Sequence record: SRR31156797_5459
Reading direction: 5' to 3' (one strand)
DNA length: 51,172 nt
This document shows, one piece after another, positions 33,232 through 43,892 of the stretch (its first letter is position 1; every line of letters begins with the position of its first letter). The position numbers and the translations under genes are program-made. Under the pieces are notes generated by a model, which did no database searches, was not told the DNA's origin, and saw only the letters and a program-made list of their open reading frames with translations.

Positions 33232-33837
33232 ATGTCTACTAAATTAGCGAACCCAGCACCTCTTGGTCTGATGGGTTTCGGTATGACCACCATCCTGCTT
33301 AACATTCATAATGCAGGCTTCTTCCCAATCGATTCAATGATTTTAGCGATGGGAATTTTCTACGGCGGTTTAGGCCAAGTTATTGTAGGCATCATGTGCT
33401 ACAACCGCGGTGATACTTTTGGTACTACTGCGTTTACTTCTTACGGTTTGTTCTGGCTAACACTTGTTGGTGCGATCGTTATGCCAAAAATGGGTCTACC
33501 AGCTAGCCCAGAACACTTCATGGGTTGGTACCTTGCTCTTTGGGGTGTGTTCACTGGTTTCATGTACATCGGCTCACGTTGCTACCCAATGGCTAAGCAA
33601 GTTGTGTTCGGTTCACTAACTATTCTATTTGCTTTACTGGCTCTACGTGATTTCACTGGTAGTGAGCTTATCGGTACTATCGCAGGCTTCGAAGGTATCT
33701 TCGTTGGTGCAAGTGCAATCTACTTTGCTATGGCTCAAGTTCTGAACGCTGAATACGGCCGTGAAGTTCTGCCAGTTGGTAAGCCAAAGTTCGTTAAAGA
33801 AGAAGTAAAAACTGAACTGAAAGAAGTTGCTGCTTAA
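33232..33837 (+). CDS. satP: Acetate/succinate uptake transporter SatP (YaaH, GPR1/FUN34 family)
   Basis: Signature NPAPLGLMGF, FGTTAFTSYG.FW and six TM segments. Confidence 0.93.
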   Translation: MSTKLANPAPLGLMGFGMTTILLNIHNAGFFPIDSMILAMGIFYGGLGQVIVGIMCYNRGDTFGTTAFTSYGLFWLTLVGAIVMPKMGLPASPEHFMGWYLALWGVFTGFMYIGSRCYPMAKQVVFGSLTILFALLALRDFTGSELIGTIAGFEGIFVGASAIYFAMAQVLNAEYGREVLPVGKPKFVKEEVKTELKEVAA

Positions 33838-33855
33838 TTTATTTCTGATTCTAAG

Positions 33856-33886
33856 AAGGTCGACCTGATGGTCGGCCTTTTTTTTT
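33856..33886 (+). terminator. Terminator after satP
   Basis: AAGGTCGACC-TGAT-GGTCGGCCTT followed by a T-run. Confidence 0.8.
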
Positions 33887-34031
33887 ACCAAAATTTAGCC
33901 CTTAGCGATTGTCTGGTTGTTTTCTGTGCACGTAGTGGCATAGTTTACTGATGATACTTATGACTAGCCGTTGTCATCGGTATTGAGGAGTTGATACTCC
34001 AAATAATTAAATAAATAAAATATAAACAGGA

Positions 34032-34988
34032 ATGACTATGTTAAGGACTATTACACAACTGTTCCCACTGTGGGCGGTACTTTTTTCTCTATGCGCTTAT
34101 TTTGTTCCAAGTGCATTTGTTGACCATAAAAGTCAGATAGTACCCCTGCTAACCATTATCATGTTAGCTATGGGGTTAACGCTAAAGCCCAAAGACTTTC
34201 TCAATGTGATTAGTAACAAAAAGGCGATAGGTATCGGACTGGTTTTACAGTTTTCAGTGATGCCTGTTGCTGCTTTACTGATCAGCTTACTGCTTGGTTT
34301 CGATCCTATGCTGACGATCGGTATGGTATTGGTAGGAAGCGTGGCTGGGGGGACATCATCGAATGTTATGTGTTATCTGGCAAAAGGTGATGTAGCGCTT
34401 TCTATTACGATGACTTCAATATCAACTTTACTCGGTGTCGTGTTAACTCCACTATTGGTTGAGTTACTTGCTGGTAAGGCCGTAGATGTTCCTGTAGCTG
34501 GTATGTTGATGAGTTTAGTGAAAATCGTATTGGTACCAGTGGCTGGTGGGGTGATTATTAATGCTTTCCTTCATTCGTTCACAGAGAAACTGGAACCGGT
34601 TCTACCGTTGATATCGATGGCTGCAATTGTGTTTATTATTGCTATCGTAGTGGCGTTGAACGCTGCTAACTTAGCTACTATCGGTCCAATCGTCGCGCTT
34701 GCGGTTATCCTTCATAATAGTATTGGCTTAGCTTCTGGTTACTGGTTGAGCCGCCTTGTTGGATTCGATGAGAAAACATGTCGCACCGTTGCTTTTGAAG
34801 TCGGTTTACAAAACTCAGGTTTAGCGACGGCGTTAGCGATGAAGTTCTTCACGCCAGCTTCAGCCGTTGCAGGAACAATCTTCTCAATTTGGCATAATTT
34901 ATCAGGTTCAGCACTAGCAGGATTCTGGGCTAAACGTCGCCAAGATGAAACAGAGTTAGAGCAAGAAATCGTTGAAACGAAGGGATAG
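34032..34988 (+). CDS. Bile acid:sodium symporter (BASS) family transporter, PanS-like
   Basis: MLAMGLTL, GGTSSNV..YLAKGDVALS and EVGLQNSGLA motifs. Confidence 0.9.
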   Translation: MTMLRTITQLFPLWAVLFSLCAYFVPSAFVDHKSQIVPLLTIIMLAMGLTLKPKDFLNVISNKKAIGIGLVLQFSVMPVAALLISLLLGFDPMLTIGMVLVGSVAGGTSSNVMCYLAKGDVALSITMTSISTLLGVVLTPLLVELLAGKAVDVPVAGMLMSLVKIVLVPVAGGVIINAFLHSFTEKLEPVLPLISMAAIVFIIAIVVALNAANLATIGPIVALAVILHNSIGLASGYWLSRLVGFDEKTCRTVAFEVGLQNSGLATALAMKFFTPASAVAGTIFSIWHNLSGSALAGFWAKRRQDETELEQEIVETKG

Positions 34989-35002
34989 TTTCAACAGAAA
35001 TA

Positions 35003-35032
35003 AAAAAGGGTTAGCAATTGCTAACCCTTTTT
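35003..35032. terminator. Bidirectional terminator (perfect 30-bp palindrome)
   Basis: AAAAAGGGTTAGCAATTGCTAACCCTTTTT between convergent transporter genes. Confidence 0.85.
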
Positions 35033-35046
35033 CGTTGTGTCGATAT

Positions 35047-36603
35047 TTAGTTTGAACTTTGTTCTGCCGGTGTTGCTGAAACTTCAGTTTCAGAATCCGC
35101 AGTTGGCACTTTGCCCGTTCTACGTTTGTATTTCTCTTCCCAGTAAGTCGCATTCTTGATACCTAGTTTAACTGGGTTAAACAGGTACTCTTGTACGCCT
35201 TGTTTTTGCTGCTCTTCGTAATCTTTCAGCGCAGCCATGGTTGGTTTTGCCATGAAGAAAATGATGATGATGCCGACAATGTTAAGCCATGCCATCATAC
35301 CAACACCGACGTCACCCATCGCCCAAGCGAGGTTTGCTGTTTTTACTGTGCCGTAGAAGACAGCAGAGATGATAACTAACTTCAGGAAGAACATTAGACC
35401 ATCGACTTTGAACGTACGGCGAATGTAAGCAACGTTAGTCTCTGCAATGTAGTAATAAGCAAGAATCGTGGTAAATGAGAAGAAGAATAGTGCAAACGCT
35501 ACGAATGGTTTACCTACGCCAGGCAGAGCACTTTCTATCGCCATTTGGGTAAATACTGGACCGTTCGCACCAATATCTGCTGATAGGTTTTGAACTAGGA
35601 ATACGCCTTCTGCACCGCCATGTACGTTGTACGCACCAGTGATTAGGATCATAAACGCTGTGGCTGAACATACTAATAGAGTATCGATGTAGATTGAGAA
35701 CGATTGAACAAGGCCTTGTTGAGCTGGGTGATCAACACTTGCAGCAGCAGCAGCATGAGGACCCGTACCTTGACCAGCTTCGTTAGAGTAAACACCACGT
35801 TTAACCCCCCAACCAATAGCTGCACCAATACCGGCCATTGGTGAGAACGCATCTCCGACGATCATGCCGAAAATACGTGGCACTTCGCCAATGTTAAGCA
35901 AAATGATAACGAAAGCAGTAACGATGTAAGCCAATGCCATGAAAGGCACAACGACTTGGGTGAAGCTAGCAATACGCTTAACACCACCAAAAATAATGAA
36001 CGCTAGCAGGATAGCAACTACCGTACCGGTAAAGATTTTAGCGAAACTGAAAGTACCAATAGCGGTTTCAATCATCTCTCCTGGACCAAAGGCAGCTTCA
36101 ACGGCATTACCAATGCTGTTCGACTGAACGCCAGGAAGTAGTACGCCACAAGCAAATATCGTTGCGATAGCAAAGATCCATGCGTACCATTTTTGACCCA
36201 TTGCTTTTTCAATGTAGTAGGCTGGGCCACCACGAAACTCATTGTTATCTTCTTCTTTATATATTTGAGCTAACGTAGATTCCGCGTAAGCGGTTGCTGC
36301 GCCGAAGAAAGCAACGACCCACATCCAGAATACAGCACCTGGGCCACCGAACCCGATAGCAGCTGCTACACCTGCAATGTTACCTGTACCAACACGACCT
36401 GAAAGAGAAACGGCTAACGCCTGGAAAGAAGAGATCCCTTTAGAAGAGCTTTTTCCTGACAATAGTAGACGCCACATTTCAAAGAAATGACGAACCTGAA
36501 CGAAACGAGTAAGAATTGAATAGAACAGACCAGCTCCAAGACACAGATAGATCAGTGCCGGGCTCCAGATGATTCCATTCAAAAAATCAACAAATGACTG
36601 CAT
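35047..36603 (-). CDS. Alanine/glycine:cation symporter (AGCS family)
   Basis: GRVGTGNIAGVA, GGPGAVFWMW, GGPAYY and YSNEAGQG motifs. Confidence 0.93.
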   Translation of the reverse strand: MQSFVDFLNGIIWSPALIYLCLGAGLFYSILTRFVQVRHFFEMWRLLLSGKSSSKGISSFQALAVSLSGRVGTGNIAGVAAAIGFGGPGAVFWMWVVAFFGAATAYAESTLAQIYKEEDNNEFRGGPAYYIEKAMGQKWYAWIFAIATIFACGVLLPGVQSNSIGNAVEAAFGPGEMIETAIGTFSFAKIFTGTVVAILLAFIIFGGVKRIASFTQVVVPFMALAYIVTAFVIILLNIGEVPRIFGMIVGDAFSPMAGIGAAIGWGVKRGVYSNEAGQGTGPHAAAAASVDHPAQQGLVQSFSIYIDTLLVCSATAFMILITGAYNVHGGAEGVFLVQNLSADIGANGPVFTQMAIESALPGVGKPFVAFALFFFSFTTILAYYYIAETNVAYIRRTFKVDGLMFFLKLVIISAVFYGTVKTANLAWAMGDVGVGMMAWLNIVGIIIIFFMAKPTMAALKDYEEQQKQGVQEYLFNPVKLGIKNATYWEEKYKRRTGKVPTADSETEVSATPAEQSSN

Positions 36604-36956
36604 GAGTATTTTTCCCTGTTGAATGATTGATGTGTATGTTTGTGTTTGTATTTCGGTTTAGATAATAATCTTTTGTAATGGGAATGTTAACCAAATTATC
36701 GCTATGAATATTTTTATGTGATAGCAAGCGCAAAACTCTGGTTGTTTTGCGCTCAATGAGCAAAAGATGCTAAATATGGTTAAAAAGTGGTCTTTTATAT
36801 ATAAGAGACCACTAAAATGAGCATTTATGTAGTGGTGTTTGAATAAAATTTCAAATTGATGTTGTTCTGAAAATGAACGAAAGTGTAGTTTTTTATTTGT
36901 ATATACTTTAATCACTCTGAGTTAGATAGAATCAGAGTGATAATTAGAAAGTTGAG

Positions 36957-38213
36957 TTAGTTGTGATAACGAGAAACACCTAGTCCGCGAACATCTATTT
37001 TTGCTTCACCATGAGTGATGATGTCAGATAAAACCTGACCAGATCCACAAGCCATTGTCCAACCCAAGGTTCCGTGTCCGGTGTTGGTGTACAAGTTCTC
37101 TATTGGCGTTTCCCCAATAATTGGAGTGCCATCTGGAGTCATTGGTCTAAAGCCTGTCCAAAATTCTGCTTTTGAAAAGTCACCCCCTTGAGGGAACAAA
37201 TCACGCACAACCATTTCAATCGTGTCTTTACGAGCTGTAGGTATCGATGGGTCAAACCCAGCGAGCTCTGCCGTACCTGCAACGCGAATTCTGTCATCAA
37301 AGCGCGTCAATGCGACTTTGTAGGTTTCGTCCATAATTGTAGAAGTTGGGGCAAGCTGTTCGTTTACGATAGGCAAAGTGAGTGAGTAACCTTTTACTGG
37401 GTAAACAGGAACATTGACGCCTAACGGGCTGAGCATTTGTTTAGAGAAACTGCCCAGCGCCACTACATAAGCGTCGGCTTTTAGCAACCCTTTATCCGTT
37501 TGGACACCCATGATCTTTTTGCCTTCGATAGCCAAAGACTGAATTTGAGTATCGAACTTAAATTGCACCCCTTTAGCTTTGGCAAGTTCCGTCAATTGTT
37601 GGCAGAACAGGTAGCAATCCCCGGTTTCGTCGTCTGGTAGATATAAGCCACCCACCAACTTTTCCTGAACAGGAGCAAGCCCTGGTTCTTGCTTAATGCA
37701 AGATGCCACATCCATCAGTTCAAAACGGACGCCGCTCTGCTCTAACAGCTTCATGTCTTTTTCTATCGACACCAACTGCTTTTGATTACGAAATACCTGA
37801 AGTGTGCCTTTTTGGCGACCTTGGTATTCAACGTTGTGATGTTTTTTAAGTTCATGCAGGCACTCGCGGCTGTGGTTAGCAATCGCAAGCATACGAGATT
37901 TGTTGACTTGATAACGCGCCAGTTGGCAGTTAGCCAACATTTGAGTCATCCACTGAATCATTTGTGGATCCAGTGACGGCTTTACTTTAAGTGGTGCGTG
38001 TTTTTCGAATAACCACTTAATGGCTTTTTGAGGAATACCGGGAGCTGCCCAAGGAGATGAGTAGCCATAAGATATTTGCCCTGCGTTGGCAAAGCTGGTT
38101 TCTTCTGCACTACGTGGCTGGCGATCAACAACCGTTACGCTATGGCCCGCCTGTGATAAGTACCATGCGGATGTTAAGCCAACAACACCACTTCCAAGAA
38201 CGATAACTTCCAT
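36957..38213 (-). CDS. dadA: D-amino acid dehydrogenase
   Basis: FAD-binding GSGVVG, ETSFANAGQIS, DETGDC, GFRPMTPDG and TGHGTLGWTMACGSG motifs. Confidence 0.93.
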   Translation of the reverse strand: MEVIVLGSGVVGLTSAWYLSQAGHSVTVVDRQPRSAEETSFANAGQISYGYSSPWAAPGIPQKAIKWLFEKHAPLKVKPSLDPQMIQWMTQMLANCQLARYQVNKSRMLAIANHSRECLHELKKHHNVEYQGRQKGTLQVFRNQKQLVSIEKDMKLLEQSGVRFELMDVASCIKQEPGLAPVQEKLVGGLYLPDDETGDCYLFCQQLTELAKAKGVQFKFDTQIQSLAIEGKKIMGVQTDKGLLKADAYVVALGSFSKQMLSPLGVNVPVYPVKGYSLTLPIVNEQLAPTSTIMDETYKVALTRFDDRIRVAGTAELAGFDPSIPTARKDTIEMVVRDLFPQGGDFSKAEFWTGFRPMTPDGTPIIGETPIENLYTNTGHGTLGWTMACGSGQVLSDIITHGEAKIDVRGLGVSRYHN

Positions 38214-38312
38214 TTATAGACTCCTTATTTGTAATAGGGTTAGTTTCTTTGCTTTACCTTTTGTTAACAATCGATAAAAATTATCAGCAGTGTTTAGTTA
38301 AACTATAAGCAG

Positions 38313-39212
38313 ATGATGTTAAAAAGTTCTCAAGTTTCAGCGTTGCATACTTTTATGTTGGTCGCTCAATACCCTAGCTTCAGTGCGGCTGCAAAAGATC
38401 TGCACATAACCACGGGGGCAATTAGCCAACAGTTGTTGCAGCTAGAATCAAAAATAGGTTTTAGCTTGTTTGAACGCCATTCTCGAGGGGTAAGGTTAAC
38501 TGAAGCCGGAGAGACATTGAAAACCGTGCTACAGCGTAGCTTTCACGACATTGAAGAATCACTGCAAAGTATTGAACAGCGAGAAAACCGCAAAGAAATA
38601 CGCCTTAAGTTAACCCCTTCACTGGCCTTTAAATGGTTGTTACCCAAGCTGGAGGATTTCCATCGTCGTAATCCAGATATTCAGGTTCAACTGTTTGCTG
38701 AGGGGGCGCTGGTGGACAGTGAGAGAAAAGACTTCGATTTGGCGATTGATTACGGGCCATTTCCGTATAACCGTAAGAATGCTGAAATGCTAATGGCAGA
38801 ATCGTTGTTACCGGTAATGAGTCCAAACTACTTAAAGGATCATGGGTGGCTAAATGATTTAACTCACGCCCCTCATCACTGGAATGAAGTTAACTTGCTT
38901 CACGACGCGATGCCTTGGGCGAAAGCTCCAAGAGATTATGAATGGTTGTATTGGGCATCAGAGATGGGCGTTCAGTTTTCTACCCATAAAGGGCACTTCT
39001 TCAACCGAACGGATATGGCAATGTCCGCGGCAGAAGCTGGGGTAGGGATAGCGATGGCGCGCTCAATGCTGCTGCAAAATGAGTTAGAAACCGGTAAGTT
39101 GGTTTCACCGTTTGAACCCATTCCCGCCAACGCAGGGTACTTTTTGATCACCCATAACCCAAATGAAACCACAGCGATATTTACCCAGTGGTTAAAGGGG
39201 ATAGTTATATGA
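38313..39212 (+). CDS. LysR-family (GcvA-like) transcriptional regulator, divergent from dadA
   Basis: HTH SFSAAAKDLHITTGAISQQ, LFERHSRGVRLTEAG and a GcvA-type effector domain. Confidence 0.92.
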   Translation: MMLKSSQVSALHTFMLVAQYPSFSAAAKDLHITTGAISQQLLQLESKIGFSLFERHSRGVRLTEAGETLKTVLQRSFHDIEESLQSIEQRENRKEIRLKLTPSLAFKWLLPKLEDFHRRNPDIQVQLFAEGALVDSERKDFDLAIDYGPFPYNRKNAEMLMAESLLPVMSPNYLKDHGWLNDLTHAPHHWNEVNLLHDAMPWAKAPRDYEWLYWASEMGVQFSTHKGHFFNRTDMAMSAAEAGVGIAMARSMLLQNELETGKLVSPFEPIPANAGYFLITHNPNETTAIFTQWLKGIVI

Positions 39213-39328
39213 TTTTTGAAGCGACTTGTTCTTTTAGTGATTCGATTCACAAACACACTCAGCCCCCACGACTACTACGCAATATACGGGTTACTGTAAC
39301 CACCCCTTGCAACCGATGAGTAGCTGAA

Positions 39329-40948
39329 ATGAAATGGAGTTTAATCAGTTTTAGATATCGAATGCTGATCATTATGAGCCTCTCCGGCTTGTTGCAGCTG
39401 CTTGTGCTCTCTCTTACTGGCTTCAGTTACATCAAAGAATCACAAGAGCAGGATATGGGGGAGAAAGCGAAAAGGGTCTCGACGTATCTTGCTCAATCAC
39501 CTTTTGTGATATCAATGATCGAACAAAATAACGCTTCGGATTTTCAGCAGAGATTTCGTGACTTAACCTATGCGATTGGCGCAGCTTTTATTGTTGTTGG
39601 TGACAAGGATGGCGTTCGTTTAATACACCCCGTTGATGAACGCATTGGTTTGCCAATGAAAGGGGGAGATAACGATTCCGCACTAGTTCATGGGCAATCT
39701 TATGTCTCGTATGCGGAAGGTTCTTTGGGCCAATCTGTGCGTGGTAAAACCGCGGTTTTTGATCAGCAAGGCAATATTATTGGTGTTGTTTCTGTCGGTT
39801 ACTTACTCAGTCGCTTACAGCATCGTATCGAGCCCTATCTGGCGTTCTTACTCAGCATGGCGGTGCTTGTTCTTATCGCCAATATCATCATTTCTTATTT
39901 TATCTCTCGTCGTTTTCAGAAGGCGATTTTGGGGTTTGAACCTGAAGAAATTGGCCGTTTATACAGTGAGTTAGATGTGACGATGAGTACCATCAAAGAG
40001 GGGGTGTTGAGTATCGACTCTGAAGGAATTTTACGTTCAATCAATACCAGAGCCTGTGAGATTTTTGGTTTAGACAAACAGCAAGTGATTAACAGAAAAC
40101 TCGAAGATGTACTCCCGAGTTCAGACCTTCAGACTTTGCTTGAGAGCCAAGCAGAAGATAACGATATTGAACTGTTTATCCACCAGAAGAGAATTGTAGC
40201 CAACCGTAGCCCTATAATCGTGGGCAATAAAGTGGTTGGTGCTGTTTCGAGTTTCAGGCTCAAAGATGAAATTACCGAGTTGACTGAACAACTTTCTCAA
40301 ACCAAAGCCTATTCAGAGTTGCTAAGATCGCAAACCCACGAACATCGAAATAAGTTGAATACCATCAGCGGCCTCATTCAAATGGGAGAGGTAGATGCTG
40401 TACAAAACTTGATTGGACGTGAAACGGAACATTATCAAAGCCTGATTGAGTTTCTTCGAGAAACGATCAAAGACCCACTTATTGCAGGTATGCTATTAGG
40501 AAAAACAGAGCGAGCACGTGAGTTGGGGCTATCGCTTAAAGTCGACGAAGGTTCAAAATTAGAACAACTTCCTCCCAATATTGATGCACAGGATCTCGTC
40601 ACGATTTTAGGTAACTTGATTGATAACGCTTTTGAGGCAACGCTAACCGTTGTGAAAGAAGATTCTAAGTTGAGACAACAGCGTTCCGATATCACCGTGT
40701 CACTCAGTGATTATGGTAATGAAATTATATTGGAAGTGGTTGATAAAGGATGTGGTATTCCTGATTTGATGACGCCTGAGAATTTAACTCAGCGTGGTGT
40801 ATCAACCAAATCAAATAGTAACCGAGGTATAGGACTGTTTTTGGTTAAGCAGCTTACCGAGCGTTATCTTGGAAATATGGAGATGAGTAATAACCGTGAT
40901 CAGGGAGCAAGGGTTACGGTTTATATACCAAAGGAAAGTCGTATATGA
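39329..40948 (+). CDS. CitA/DpiB-family sensor histidine kinase (sCache, PAS, HATPase)
   Basis: Periplasmic RLIHP...GSLG.SVRGK motif, H-box QTHEHRNKL, GNLIDNAFEA, DKGCGI and GIGL. Confidence 0.92.
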   Translation: MKWSLISFRYRMLIIMSLSGLLQLLVLSLTGFSYIKESQEQDMGEKAKRVSTYLAQSPFVISMIEQNNASDFQQRFRDLTYAIGAAFIVVGDKDGVRLIHPVDERIGLPMKGGDNDSALVHGQSYVSYAEGSLGQSVRGKTAVFDQQGNIIGVVSVGYLLSRLQHRIEPYLAFLLSMAVLVLIANIIISYFISRRFQKAILGFEPEEIGRLYSELDVTMSTIKEGVLSIDSEGILRSINTRACEIFGLDKQQVINRKLEDVLPSSDLQTLLESQAEDNDIELFIHQKRIVANRSPIIVGNKVVGAVSSFRLKDEITELTEQLSQTKAYSELLRSQTHEHRNKLNTISGLIQMGEVDAVQNLIGRETEHYQSLIEFLRETIKDPLIAGMLLGKTERARELGLSLKVDEGSKLEQLPPNIDAQDLVTILGNLIDNAFEATLTVVKEDSKLRQQRSDITVSLSDYGNEIILEVVDKGCGIPDLMTPENLTQRGVSTKSNSNRGIGLFLVKQLTERYLGNMEMSNNRDQGARVTVYIPKESRI

Positions 40949-41628
40949 GTTATCTCACGCGAGTGATGATCATTGAAGATGATCTTAAAGTTGCAGAGCT
41001 GCACCGGAGATATTTAGAGTTGATCGAAGGTTTTGACGTTGTCGGTATTGCAACCACTAAAGCTGAAGCTGAGTTACAACTAGAAGTGTTAAATCCTGAT
41101 TTAGTGATGCTGGATGTTTATCTACCAGACGGAACGGGTATCGAAGTATTGAGCCATATCAGGAGTATGAATTCGCAATGTGATGTAATTTTAATTACCG
41201 CAGCACGAGATGTAGAAACGTTGCAGCAAGCGATGAGAGGTGGAGTTGTTGATTACCTCCTCAAACCGATTATTTTTCCTCGTCTTGAAGCGGCGCTTAA
41301 AAAATATCAAAAAAGAACAGAAAGCTTTCATCACGTGGAAGATGTGGATCAATCCCTCATCGATGAAATGCTCTCCTCCAAAGAGACAAGTCATTCTGAA
41401 AACCGCCTACCTAAAGGTATAGATAGCGTTACGTTAGAAAAAATTAGGACCCTGTTTAAAGATGATTTTCCTTATACGGCAGATGAAGCTGGAGAGAAGA
41501 TTGGTGCCAGTCGAACGACAGCAAGGCGTTATCTTGAGTTTTTAATCAGTACGGGTGAGTTAGAAGCCGACGTGAAATATGGATCGGTAGGGCGGCCGGA
41601 ACGTTGTTACCATAAGCTTCAACGTTGA
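40945..41628 (+). CDS. CitB/DpiA-family response regulator
   Basis: REC domain (LDVYLPDG) and C-terminal GASRTTARRYLE...YGSVGRP; overlaps the kinase stop codon (ATGA). Confidence 0.93.
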   Translation: MSYLTRVMIIEDDLKVAELHRRYLELIEGFDVVGIATTKAEAELQLEVLNPDLVMLDVYLPDGTGIEVLSHIRSMNSQCDVILITAARDVETLQQAMRGGVVDYLLKPIIFPRLEAALKKYQKRTESFHHVEDVDQSLIDEMLSSKETSHSENRLPKGIDSVTLEKIRTLFKDDFPYTADEAGEKIGASRTTARRYLEFLISTGELEADVKYGSVGRPERCYHKLQR

Positions 41629-41641
41629 TAGTGAAACCAAT

Positions 41642-41671
41642 AAAAGTGCCCCTAAGATTAGGGGCATTTTT
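41642..41671. terminator. Bidirectional terminator between the response regulator and tctA
   Basis: AAAAGTGCCCCTAA-GA-TTAGGGGCATTTTT. Confidence 0.8.
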
Positions 41672-41688
41672 AGTTCAAGCTTTTATCG

Positions 41689-43215
41689 TTAAGACTCAGC
41701 TCGCTTTGGTTGGCTGAAAAACTTTCTTGCGATTGAAAGAACGACGGGGCCAAGCAGAACCATTACCGACAGTGCGGTGAAGGTCATAGCGATTGGTCTT
41801 TCCCACAAAAAGCTTAATTCACCGTCACTGATCATCAATGCTCGTCTTAAGTTCTCTTCCATCAATCCTCCAAGTATAAATCCAAGCAGTAGCGGAGCTA
41901 GTGGGAAGTTGGCTAAGCGTAACGCAATGGCTCCCATTGCAATGATCAGCATGATGAACACATCGGTGGTGTTAAACGACACCAGATAGACGCCAGTGAT
42001 TGAGAAAAATAGAATCATTGGCAGCAATACCGTGCGCGGAACCGCAAGCAACTTAGAAATATAAGGGATAAGCGGCAGGTTCAAAATCACCAGAACAATG
42101 TTACCCACGTACATTGAGATAATCACAGACCAAAATACGTCAGGGTGCTCGACAAATAAGCGAGGCCCCGGCTGGATACCATACGCGATTAAAGCGCCAA
42201 GCATGATCGCGGTTGTGCCCGAACCTGGAATACCTAATGTTAACAATGGAACGAACGAGCCACTTGACGCCGCATTATTGGCAGATTCAGGCGCAACAAG
42301 GCCACGAATACTGCCTTTACCGAACTCGTCTCGTTTATCTTTCGGCGCAAGGTTACGTTCCATACCATAAGCTAAGAATGACGCGATGGTTGCACCCGCA
42401 CCAGGCAGTACGCCTGTGAAGAAGCCTAGAATCGAAGAGCGAAACGATACCGGCGCGACTTCTTTCACTTCTTCTTTGGTTACTTTCATACTACCAATAT
42501 GGTCCAGTTTCTTCTGCTCATCGGAACGAGTATCGGCCTCTGGTTTAAGAATGCCCATCAAGGTTTCGCCTAAAGCAAAGGTTGCCATAGCAAGCAGTAA
42601 GAAGCTGAAACCATCAATAAGATCGGTTAAGCCAAAGGTAAATCTCTCAACGCCCACACCTTTATCAATACCCACGGTAGAGAGCATTAAGCCTAAGATA
42701 GTCATCATCCACGCTTTGATGGTTTGTCCTTTACCGGCAAAAGCAGCAACAGCGGATAAGCCAAGTAGCATCAAGGCAAAGTAATCTGAGGATTGGAAAC
42801 TAAGCGATACTTTGGCCAAAGCCGGAGCAGCAAAAAGCAGCATGATTGCGGAAAGCGTACCACCAGTAAAAGAAGAATAAGCGGCTAAAGCCAGTGCTTT
42901 ACCTGCTTGCCCTTTTTGCGCCATTGGGTAGCCATCAAATGCGGTCACGACGGTAGAAGAACAACCCGGTGCGTTAATCAAAATAGACGAGGTAGAACCG
43001 CCGAATACCGCGCCGTAATAAACGCCCGCCATTAGGATCAAGCCAGATGATGGGTCTAGCCCATAAGTAATCGGTATCATCAGTGCAATGGCTGAGATTG
43101 GCCCTAAACCCGGTAGCATGCCGATAAATGTACCAACAAAACAACCAACGATGACCATCATAAGATTCATCGGCATCATCGCCGTTGATAGTCCTTGTAA
43201 GATTCCATCTAACAT
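41689..43215 (-). CDS. tctA: Tripartite tricarboxylate transporter large permease TctA
   Basis: GMLPGLGP, YYGAVFGGS, APESANNA and PLLTLGIPG motifs. Confidence 0.95.
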   Translation of the reverse strand: MLDGILQGLSTAMMPMNLMMVIVGCFVGTFIGMLPGLGPISAIALMIPITYGLDPSSGLILMAGVYYGAVFGGSTSSILINAPGCSSTVVTAFDGYPMAQKGQAGKALALAAYSSFTGGTLSAIMLLFAAPALAKVSLSFQSSDYFALMLLGLSAVAAFAGKGQTIKAWMMTILGLMLSTVGIDKGVGVERFTFGLTDLIDGFSFLLLAMATFALGETLMGILKPEADTRSDEQKKLDHIGSMKVTKEEVKEVAPVSFRSSILGFFTGVLPGAGATIASFLAYGMERNLAPKDKRDEFGKGSIRGLVAPESANNAASSGSFVPLLTLGIPGSGTTAIMLGALIAYGIQPGPRLFVEHPDVFWSVIISMYVGNIVLVILNLPLIPYISKLLAVPRTVLLPMILFFSITGVYLVSFNTTDVFIMLIIAMGAIALRLANFPLAPLLLGFILGGLMEENLRRALMISDGELSFLWERPIAMTFTALSVMVLLGPVVLSIARKFFSQPKRAES

Positions 43216-43224
43216 ATTGAAGTC

Positions 43225-43719
43225 CTAGAAAATGGTCATAATTAAACCTGGCTCAAGGTAGATATCTAAGCCTTGAGTCAGTAATAAATAAAAAGCAATG
43301 ACAAACGGGAAAGAGGCTCCAAACAGAATCGATTTTCGTCGTTCTCCTAGGATAAAAAAGCCCGCCATTAAAAAGAAACCTGTTGCTAACACAAAGCCAA
43401 GATAAGTGAGTCCGACTCCGTAAGCGGCCATTAGGACAAAAAAGCCCAGCAGTAACTTCCAATTGAAATCAGTCGCAGCTTGTTGTTTATCTGTTTTGGC
43501 CGTAACCAATAAGATTATTGAAAGACCAATACCGACGTAGGTGAGAATTGTCGGTAAAGTCTTTGCGGTGAAGGGTTCATACTCATCACCGGGAAACATT
43601 GGGATCAACGACGTTTGATATCCGTAACACAGGCATAAGAGCAAAAAGAGCATTGCGCCAACGCGCTCTCGAGAAAGTAAGTTTTCTACTGTGAATAACT
43701 TGGAGCTTGAGTTTGACAT
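43225..43719 (-). CDS. tctB: Tripartite tricarboxylate transporter small subunit TctB
   Basis: Small protein with 4-5 TM segments between tctC and tctA; LGFVLAT motif. Confidence 0.88.
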   Translation of the reverse strand: MSNSSSKLFTVENLLSRERVGAMLFLLLCLCYGYQTSLIPMFPGDEYEPFTAKTLPTILTYVGIGLSIILLVTAKTDKQQAATDFNWKLLLGFFVLMAAYGVGLTYLGFVLATGFFLMAGFFILGERRKSILFGASFPFVIAFYLLLTQGLDIYLEPGLIMTIF

Positions 43720-43892
43720 AAGCGACTCCTACCAAAATAAAAACGTCGTATATAAGGTTTAAGCTACGCACAGACATAAGTAAGCTAATCAATACCCTAG
43801 GAGATTAGTAGGACAGAGATGATGTTGCCTGAATACCGCTTATATACGACAAAAGGGGAGAAGAGGAGGAGATTCCCCCTCTTCATATTGCG

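Noticed and set aside
36604-36956. Glycine riboswitch upstream of the AGCS symporter
   Set aside because: The region is very AT-rich and I could not find the conserved aptamer motifs (GGAGA...CCGAAG...CUCUCAGG) on the minus strand.
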